A stretch of DNA of 64,000 nt from an uncultured Planctomycetota bacterium (GTDB lineage: Bacteria; Planctomycetota; JACOTG01; JAUIME01): positions 809 to 64,808 of the forward strand of contig CAZQZX010000007.1 in the NCBI GenBank assembly GCA_964597885.1, in the 5' to 3' direction. Under the pieces are notes generated by a model, which had not been told where the DNA came from, made no database searches, and was given only the letters and a program-made list of their open reading frames with translations. Below are positions 57,214 to 64,000 of the stretch, in pieces. Each line of letters starts with the position of its first letter. The first letter of the stretch is position 1. Both the position numbers and the translations under genes were made by a program.

Positions 57214-58152
57214 TCATCCACCGCCCGGATCACGGTCTCGTACGGGGCTCCCGAGTCGCCGCGCGTCGAGGAGGTCGTGGAACGAGAACGCCGCGCCGAA
57301 GCGGCCGTCCAGGGTGTCGGCTCGCTTCCGGATCTCGGGCTCGGCGGCGGAAGCACCGTCGGCGTCGGTCGCGATCGGCGCGATCACGACGAGGTTACGG
57401 GCCGGAGGGCAGCGGTAGACGACGGACCCGGGGAAGGCCTCGCGAATCACGTCGATGTCATCCTCGGTGCCGTCGTGCGTGGTCAGGTTGAACGCGATCG
57501 CTCCGTCCGGCGTCACGCGCTCGCGCAGCGATTCGTAGAAGCGGAGCGAGCGCAGCCGTGCCGGCGCCCCCGAGGCATCGGTTCCTGCGGACGGCTTCAG
57601 GAACGCGTCCATGTAGATGACGTCGTACGGGTCGGTCGTCCGGTTCAGGAAATCGAAGGCGTCCTCGGTGTGGATGTGCGTGAGGGCGTCGGAGCGAACG
57701 TCGAAGAATCGATCGGCGATCGCGACGACGGCAGGATCGATCTCGACGGCGTCGATCTCGATCTCGGGATCATGGTGGCGAAGAAAGTGCACCATTGCGC
57801 CGCCGCCGAGCCCGACGATCAGGACGCGCTGGGGATCCGGGACGACGAGGTAGCTGGCGAACATCGAGCGCGCGTACGGGAGCTCGAGGCGGTGCGGGGC
57901 GCGCAGGTCGATCTGGGTTTCGGTGACCTCGCGGCCGCTGTCCCGGACGAATCGCAGGGCGCGCAGCGGGCCCTTGCGACGGACGCGAATGTGCGAGTAC
58001 TCGGAGACCTCTTCGTGCTCGAGCCGCCACGTCCCCCGCGAGTACGCGAAGTAGGCCGCGCCGGCGAGGACGAGAGCCACGATGAGCAGAGGGGCCGCGT
58101 CGCGCAGGGGCGCGCGGGAAGACTGACGAGGGGGGGGCGAGCCGCGGCTCAC
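57214..58152 (-). CDS. Spermidine-synthase-like SAM-dependent methyltransferase, membrane-anchored
   Basis: N-terminal TM; SEYSHIRV, VLIVGLGGG, AVEIDP, YDVIYMDAF. Confidence 0.85.
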   Translation of the reverse strand: MSRGSPPPRQSSRAPLRDAAPLLIVALVLAGAAYFAYSRGTWRLEHEEVSEYSHIRVRRKGPLRALRFVRDSGREVTETQIDLRAPHRLELPYARSMFASYLVVPDPQRVLIVGLGGGAMVHFLRHHDPEIEIDAVEIDPAVVAIADRFFDVRSDALTHIHTEDAFDFLNRTTDPYDVIYMDAFLKPSAGTDASGAPARLRSLRFYESLRERVTPDGAIAFNLTTHDGTEDDIDVIREAFPGSVVYRCPPARNLVVIAPIATDADGASAAEPEIRKRADTLDGRFGAAFSFHDLLDARRLGSPVRDRDPGGG

Positions 58153-60473
58153 TCGCCTCTCGATCGGTTCTCGGTCGAGGTCCGCTTCTCACCGGCGGGC
58201 TGCTCGACGTTCGGCTCTTCCACAACCGGTTCGGGAGCGGTCGGGCCGACGCGGAACAGTCGGCGACCGGCTCGGAGCACGAACGACTCCCGCGTGGCCG
58301 CGACTCCGTGCACGGGCTCTTCGACCTCGAGCTCGCTCTTGGCGAGCACGGTGGGCTCTTCGGTCGTCGCGTCGATCACGGTCGTGCCGCCGTCCTTGTC
58401 GAAGAAGTAGACGCGATCGCCGGCCGCGATCGGCGAGGCCCAGCAGGAACCGCCGATGCGCGTGGCCCAGTTCTCTTCGCCCGTCTCCAGATCGAGCGAG
58501 CGCGCGATGCCGGCGCGGTTGACGAAGTAGACTTCGCCATCGTGGATCAGCGGAGAGCCGAAGCTCGAGAGCGCATCGTCCGCGCGCCACAGCACGTGCG
58601 ACTCGGCGATGTCGCCGCGACCGCCCGAGCGGATCGCGAGGTTCGACTTTTTCTTCGACGACGCGACGACGATGATGTCGCCATCGGCCGACGGCGAGGC
58701 GACCGTGTTGCCCTCGAGTCCGTTCAGGAACCATCGGCGCTCGCCGCTACGCGCATCGAAGCACTCGACGTCGCCGTTCGAGCTGACGATCAGCCTCGCT
58801 TCCTCGGCATCACCGAAGAGGAGCGGGGTCGTCCAGGAGACGCTCGGCTCGCGGTCGATCTTCCAGCGGTTGGCGCCCGTCTCCTTGTCGACGGCCAGGA
58901 GATAGGACGGGCCCTCGTGCGCCACGAGAAGGAACAGCGAGTCGGGCGTATGGACGAGCGACGTTCCGAGCCCGTGATTGCCCTTGATCTTGCCGTACTC
59001 CTCGGTCAGGGCGCGGTGCCAGATCCGATTGCCGTCGTGGTCGAGTGCGAGCAGATCGCCGCTCTCGAAGAAGACGTAGACACCCTCATCGTCGACGACC
59101 GGCGTCGGGGCGCCGCGGCTCACGTACTTGGTCTGCTTGCGCGTCTGCGCGGCGTCGAAGCTCCGGATCCAGATCGGCTCGCCGCGCGCGACGTCGAAGG
59201 CGCTCACGTAGACGCGCTCGCCTTCGGTGCCGCTGACCGACGTCACGAAGATGCGGTCATCCCAGACGATCGGGCTCGACTGACCGTAGCCCGGAAGGTC
59301 GAGCGACCAGGCGACGCTGTCTTCCGTCCACTCCAGCGGGAGCTCGGCCGGGTCGGCGTGGCTCGTGCCGTCGCCCCGGAAACCCGTCCATCGCCCGCCC
59401 ATCGGGGCCGCTGCCTTCGGCGAGCGCGCCTCGACGGTCGTTCGCTCGATCGAGCTCAGGTGGCCGGACTTCATGGACGCCCCGGCGAGGAAGAGTACCG
59501 ACTGGCGATCTTCATGGGCGTGGACGAGCAGGCGATGGAAGAACCGCGGGACTTCGAGCTGGAATCCGGCGGGGATCCACTCGGAACCGCCCGCTTCGAG
59601 CTCGTAGAGATCACCGGCGGAGCCGCTCATGAACAGCGACGGCCCCGTGGTGAAGGCCGACACGCCGAAGCCTTTCAGCCTGCCGGTCATCGGAAGCTCA
59701 GGGCCTTCGCTCCACTCACCGGTGCGCGTGTCGAGGCAATCGACGCTGCGGGAGACGCTGCCGTCGTCGGTGATACCGCCGAGGACGCAGACCTGATCGC
59801 CGGCAGTCGCGATGGCGAGCGCGCGTCGCGCGAACGGAGCTTCGATCTCTTCCCAGACGATCGGCGACTGCGTGAGGTCGGCCACGCACACGGTGTCGTG
59901 CCAGTACGAGTCGCCGGACATGTCGTCGCCGCGGAGACACCAGCCGCCGACCACGTAGAGCTTGTCGCCGAGGACTACCGCGTCGTGGGAAGACCGCGGC
60001 TCCGGGAGCGGCGTCATCGATGCCCAGGTTCCCGTCGCGGGGTCGAAGCGCGAGACGTCGCGCGACGAGTGGAGATCTTCGGGCTCGCCCTTGGCGTTGC
60101 GCGCCGCGAGCCCGCCGATGCGGTAGAGGAGTCCGTCGTGAGCGACGAGGGCGAGGCCCTGACGCGCGGGGCCCATCTCGAGCGATTCCCATTCCGTGGG
60201 CTGCGCGAGATTCAGGCGGTAGAACCCGCGCGCGAGGTTCTCGCGCGAGTGCTGGTGGGCGGTTCCGATGTGCCCGCCGTAGACGTAGACCCAGTCGCCG
60301 TCGATTGCGGCGCCGAAGCTCGTGATCGCCTCGGGGAGCGGGGGAAGGGCGCTCTCGACCGAGGGCGCACCGTCAGCGTTCGATTCGGTGGCGCCGGCCG
60401 TTGCGGGGAATGCACCCGCGAACAGGACGAGAGCCAGAAGCAGGGCCCGCGAGGGCGCATGAAAGATCGACAT
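58149..60473 (-). CDS. Secreted Kelch-repeat + PQQ-like beta-propeller fusion
   Basis: Signal peptide; Kelch motifs YVYGGH, YRIGG, YVVGGW; PQQ-like WTGFRG, GQSSPIV, WASP. Confidence 0.88.
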   Translation of the reverse strand: MSIFHAPSRALLLALVLFAGAFPATAGATESNADGAPSVESALPPLPEAITSFGAAIDGDWVYVYGGHIGTAHQHSRENLARGFYRLNLAQPTEWESLEMGPARQGLALVAHDGLLYRIGGLAARNAKGEPEDLHSSRDVSRFDPATGTWASMTPLPEPRSSHDAVVLGDKLYVVGGWCLRGDDMSGDSYWHDTVCVADLTQSPIVWEEIEAPFARRALAIATAGDQVCVLGGITDDGSVSRSVDCLDTRTGEWSEGPELPMTGRLKGFGVSAFTTGPSLFMSGSAGDLYELEAGGSEWIPAGFQLEVPRFFHRLLVHAHEDRQSVLFLAGASMKSGHLSSIERTTVEARSPKAAAPMGGRWTGFRGDGTSHADPAELPLEWTEDSVAWSLDLPGYGQSSPIVWDDRIFVTSVSGTEGERVYVSAFDVARGEPIWIRSFDAAQTRKQTKYVSRGAPTPVVDDEGVYVFFESGDLLALDHDGNRIWHRALTEEYGKIKGNHGLGTSLVHTPDSLFLLVAHEGPSYLLAVDKETGANRWKIDREPSVSWTTPLLFGDAEEARLIVSSNGDVECFDARSGERRWFLNGLEGNTVASPSADGDIIVVASSKKKSNLAIRSGGRGDIAESHVLWRADDALSSFGSPLIHDGEVYFVNRAGIARSLDLETGEENWATRIGGSCWASPIAAGDRVYFFDKDGGTTVIDATTEEPTVLAKSELEVEEPVHGVAATRESFVLRAGRRLFRVGPTAPEPVVEEPNVEQPAGEKRTSTENRSRGE

Positions 60474-60651
60474 GGTGATGGTTCCTTCTGGGGGTGAGGT
60501 CGAGCTCGGCTCGCATGAGGTTACCTGCTCGAGCACTCCTTGGGAAGATGTCGGTATCGCACCGAAGGCCGACCCGTAACGACCCAGGAGGAGTCGATAC
60601 GAGCCGGCCCGGTGGTGCAGAGGGGTTTTGTAGGTGTTTGACGAGTCCTCG

Positions 60652-62049
60652 TTATTCGACCTCGAGCTGGATCGCGTTCGTGAGGCTCGCGCTTCTCGTG
60701 CTCGACGAAGCCGGGTTGATGATCGCCCCCTGAAGGGTAAGACGGCTTCCGACCGGGAGGTTCGTGGCGTCGCCGGACGGCATCAGCCAGAAGAAAGCGT
60801 CGGCCTTCGACGGGTTCGGGATCGAGCTTCCGAAGAAGGTCGAGGACCCGACGAGCGGCTCCTTCCCGGCGTTGTTCCAGACCGCGACCGAGGTCCCTCC
60901 GACGAACGGGAAGCACGCGTCGCCGAGGTCGAGCACGCTCGTGATGGTCGAGCTGTCTGCGAATCCGACGTCGAGGTGGACGACGTACTTGCCGTTGCCC
61001 TGGCCGGCCGGCTTCTGGATCGACGCCGCGAGCGGCTGCGTGTTGTCGACCTGCAGCGTGAAGTCGGGGCCGCCCTGGCTGGTGTTCACGAACAGGACGT
61101 CGGCGTCGGCGTCGACGTTCTGGCAATCACCAATGCCGGCGTCACAGTCGAGGATGTAGACCTTCGCGGTCCCGGCGCCGACGACGAAGAGATCGCGGCC
61201 CGTGCCGAACGTCGACTGGAACTCGACGACGCCCTGGGGCACGAACTCGCCGGCCGTGGCGAGGATCGTCATGTCGCAGTTGAAGCAGCTGTTCACCTCA
61301 TCCGGGCACGAGAGCGGATCGTCGTCGTAGCCGAACTGCGTGAGCGAAGTGATCGACGCGACGCCGCTCGCGATGACGAGGTTGCCGCCGCCGCAGCGGG
61401 AGGGGTTGGCCGCCGTGTCCAGGCCGAAGCTCTCGGACCCGGCGCCATCCGGCGTCTCGATCTGCGAGCAGGAACCGCCGCAGCCGCCGAACGACCACTC
61501 GGTGAGCTCGACGTCCGCGTCCATATCCCACGCTCGAACGATGTCCGCTCCCGTGTCGAGGGCGTAGAGAATGCGCCGGCCGAAGCTCGTGTCGATCGTG
61601 GCGCCGCCCGACGGGTGCGAGTCGCAGAAGGCGATGGAGTTGCCGGTGGCGATGCCCGCGATGTCGAATTCGAAGAAGGCGGGCGTCGGGAAGGCGAGGA
61701 AGTCCGAGACCCAGAAGGTCTGCGAGGCTTCATCCCAGGCGATGCCCATGGCGTGCGGCCCCGCGAGCGTGACGCTGATCGTTCCCACCTGCGTCAGGTT
61801 CTCGTCGAACATGTGGATCTCGTGGTCGCCGATACCGTTCGAGACAAAGTCGACCACCGCGAAGCGTTCGCCCTGTCCGAGCACGGCACCCGCAGGGACG
61901 ATCTCGGTCGAGCCGGTGAAGAACGAGCCCGGGTTGGAGGACAGGATGAACTCGCTGCGGAGGATTCCCTGGGCGTGGCCCGCCGATGCGGAGGCGAGAA
62001 GGACCAGGGCAAAGAGCATCCCGGCGACCGGGCGAAGCGTACGACTCAT
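60652..62049 (-). CDS. Secreted Cys-containing hypothetical protein
   Basis: AGGAG RBS; signal peptide ending GHA; C-terminal LTLQGAIINP...SLTNAIQLEVE. Confidence 0.8.
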   Translation of the reverse strand: MSRTLRPVAGMLFALVLLASASAGHAQGILRSEFILSSNPGSFFTGSTEIVPAGAVLGQGERFAVVDFVSNGIGDHEIHMFDENLTQVGTISVTLAGPHAMGIAWDEASQTFWVSDFLAFPTPAFFEFDIAGIATGNSIAFCDSHPSGGATIDTSFGRRILYALDTGADIVRAWDMDADVELTEWSFGGCGGSCSQIETPDGAGSESFGLDTAANPSRCGGGNLVIASGVASITSLTQFGYDDDPLSCPDEVNSCFNCDMTILATAGEFVPQGVVEFQSTFGTGRDLFVVGAGTAKVYILDCDAGIGDCQNVDADADVLFVNTSQGGPDFTLQVDNTQPLAASIQKPAGQGNGKYVVHLDVGFADSSTITSVLDLGDACFPFVGGTSVAVWNNAGKEPLVGSSTFFGSSIPNPSKADAFFWLMPSGDATNLPVGSRLTLQGAIINPASSSTRSASLTNAIQLEVE

Positions 62050-62145
62050 GGCTGTCTCCTGTTGGGGAGCGGCTCGGCGTGTCGTTGCCGGGCTGCCCCT
62101 TGCTTGGGGGGGCGTTGCGCTGTAAGAAAACCGCGATGGCCGTCG

Positions 62146-62173
62146 AGTATATATTTCGATCGCAGCAGGGCAA
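62146..62173 (-). promoter_or_regulatory. Candidate sigma70 promoter in an AT-rich intergenic tract
   Basis: Minus strand TTGCCC-N16-TATACT, about 100 bp upstream of ATG 62049. Confidence 0.5.
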
Positions 62174-62253
62174 GCGAAATGTTTGAAGGGTAATACAATG
62201 AGGGTATAGGTAGATATGTATGCTGTAAGTTGCTTGTAGATTGAGCTTTGGGG

Positions 62254-63999
62254 CTATTGACCCGAGGCCGTCGAGGCGCCGGCGGCCTGCTCCGCGAGGA
62301 TCGCGTCGAGCTTTTCTCGCCACTCATCCGCTTCTTCAGGACGGCCCATGTCGTCGTACAGAAACGCGAGCTGTTGGGTCGCGGCCTCGAAGTGGCGGCG
62401 GAACTCGTGGTCGATGACGAGGATCTGGTAGGCGCGTAGAAGCGTCTCTTCGGCCTCCTCGAGCCGGTCCTGGCCGTGGAGGCACATGCCGTAGACGAGG
62501 TCGAGGAAGCCTCGCGCCCAGTGGCGAGCCGGGAACACGCGTCGGCTGTCCCGAAGAGCGCGGACGATGATCTCTTCGCATTCTTCGAGGCGACCGAGCT
62601 TCACGAGCACGAACGCGAGGTCGCCCTTCGAGATGATCGTGATACCGGACTGGGGGCCGAGCTTCTCGGTCCGGATGCGGACGATCTCGAAGAGCAAGTC
62701 GCTCGCCTCCTGCAACCGGTCGAGCTGCCGGAGCGCATTCGCCTGCGTCGCCAGCAGCGTCGCGCGCAGCGGGTGATCGTGATCGATGCGCTCCTCGATG
62801 ATCGCGGCCGCGTCACGAGCTCGTCGGACCGCTTCCTCGGCCTGGCCGGCCCCGACCAGGGCCCAGCTCAGGTTGTTGATCACCGAGAGGGTTCGAAGGT
62901 CCTCGTCGCCGAACATCGCGCGGCGGCCGGCCTCGACCGATCGATACATCTCGATCGCGTCGTCGAGACGGTTCATCTCGAGATAGGCGCCGGCGAGGTT
63001 GTTCATGGTCGTGAGCGTGCTCGCGTGCTCGTCGCCGAAGTGCGCTTGCTTGCCCTCCAGGTTCTCGACGAGGAGCGGAACGGCCTCCTCGAATCGCGCC
63101 GATCGGAGCATCGCGCCGCAGAGATTGCTCTTGAGCTGGAGCAGGCTGTCGATCGGAGCGTCTCCGGAAGCTTCGTGCCGTTCGATGAGCTCGCGGAGCA
63201 GCGTCTCGGCCTTCGCGATCTCACCCCGTTCGAGGTAGAGCGTCGAGAGACTGTTCCCGGTCAGAAAGACATCGTTGTCGGTCGCTTCGTCGCGTTCCAC
63301 GATCTCGAAGGCCGCCCGCCAATGCTTCTCGGCCTTGTCGAGGAGCCCGAGACGCTGGTACGTAAGACCGAGCGTGCGATGGATGCGTGCACCGACGCTC
63401 GGGGTATCCGAGAAGCGTCCCTCGATCTTCTCGGCCGCGATGTCGAGCACCTCCCGCATGGTGATGTCGGGGTTCTTCGTGCGGCCGGGATCGACGGACG
63501 CGAGAAGGTCGTCGTTGAGGAAGTCGTTGACGGCTTCCGCGATGGCGGCTTCTTCCTCGGCCCTCTCGCGCGCGTCGTCGGCATCGAGCTTCTGTTCGTG
63601 GGCGACGGCTTCCGCTTCGAGCGCCCGGGCCAGAGCGATCGACATCCCGATGGTCGCCGTGATCAGGATCACGAAGATCGTGGCTGCGGAGCCCACGAGG
63701 ATTCGATTGCGTCGAATGAACTTTCGCGCCTGGTAGACGGCACTCGGCGGACGCGCGCTGATGGCCAGATCGGAAAGGAATCTGCGGATATCGGCGGCGA
63801 GCTCGGCGGCGCTCGGGTAGCGACGCTCGGGTTCCTTGGCGAGCGCCGTCATGACGATCGTCTCGAGATCGCCGCGGAACTCCCGGCTCGATGTCGAGAG
63901 CGCGTCCGGATCCTGCTCGCGGATGATGAGCGTGGCCTCCGGCACCGGGCAATCGCGGACGTCGAGCGGTAGCCGGTCGGTCAGCAGCTCGTAGGCGAG
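62254..63999 (-). CDS. Ser/Thr protein kinase with TM and TPR repeats (5' end truncated by window edge)
   Basis: AYELLT, GDLETIVMTALAKEPERRY, PPSAVY, TM helix, DLLASVDP, TPR repeats (HASTLTTMNNLA). Confidence 0.92.
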   Translation of the reverse strand, partial: LAYELLTDRLPLDVRDCPVPEATLIIREQDPDALSTSSREFRGDLETIVMTALAKEPERRYPSAAELAADIRRFLSDLAISARPPSAVYQARKFIRRNRILVGSAATIFVILITATIGMSIALARALEAEAVAHEQKLDADDARERAEEEAAIAEAVNDFLNDDLLASVDPGRTKNPDITMREVLDIAAEKIEGRFSDTPSVGARIHRTLGLTYQRLGLLDKAEKHWRAAFEIVERDEATDNDVFLTGNSLSTLYLERGEIAKAETLLRELIERHEASGDAPIDSLLQLKSNLCGAMLRSARFEEAVPLLVENLEGKQAHFGDEHASTLTTMNNLAGAYLEMNRLDDAIEMYRSVEAGRRAMFGDEDLRTLSVINNLSWALVGAGQAEEAVRRARDAAAIIEERIDHDHPLRATLLATQANALRQLDRLQEASDLLFEIVRIRTEKLGPQSGITIISKGDLAFVLVKLGRLEECEEIIVRALRDSRRVFPARHWARGFLDLVYGMCLHGQDRLEEAEETLLRAYQILVIDHEFRRHFEAATQQLAFLYDDMGRPEEADEWREKLDAILAEQAAGASTASGQ

Positions 64000-64000
64000 G

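Overview
High-GC (roughly 68-70% by eye) bacterial chromosomal DNA, most consistent with Planctomycetota. This is inferred from a Ser/Thr kinase-TPR gene, several sulfatases, PQQ/Kelch propellers, a TAT-exported Gfo/Idh/MocA protein, an RbfA paralogue and many secreted hypotheticals. It holds about 42 protein genes; I found no rRNA, tRNA, CRISPR array, IS or prophage. Main blocks: (1) a NemR-like TetR gene with a canonical promoter and two related palindromic operators, followed by a secreted Cys-rich protein; (2) a polyphosphate cluster (CYTH-CHAD, ppk1, two ppx); (3) a co-oriented hemD-like/senA/senB/sulfatase-like block, i.e. selenoneine genes with no adjacent senC/selD; (4) a secreted protein of four CxxC-x9-CxxC modules upstream of recQ and sodA; (5) many phosphatases and sulfatases (PhoD, PafA, purple acid phosphatase coupled to a TPR protein). 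Two large genes are interrupted, by an apparent 2-bp deletion near 26095 and a 92-bp noisy duplication at 40547-40638; both may be assembly artefacts. All family calls come from motif recognition, not database searches.
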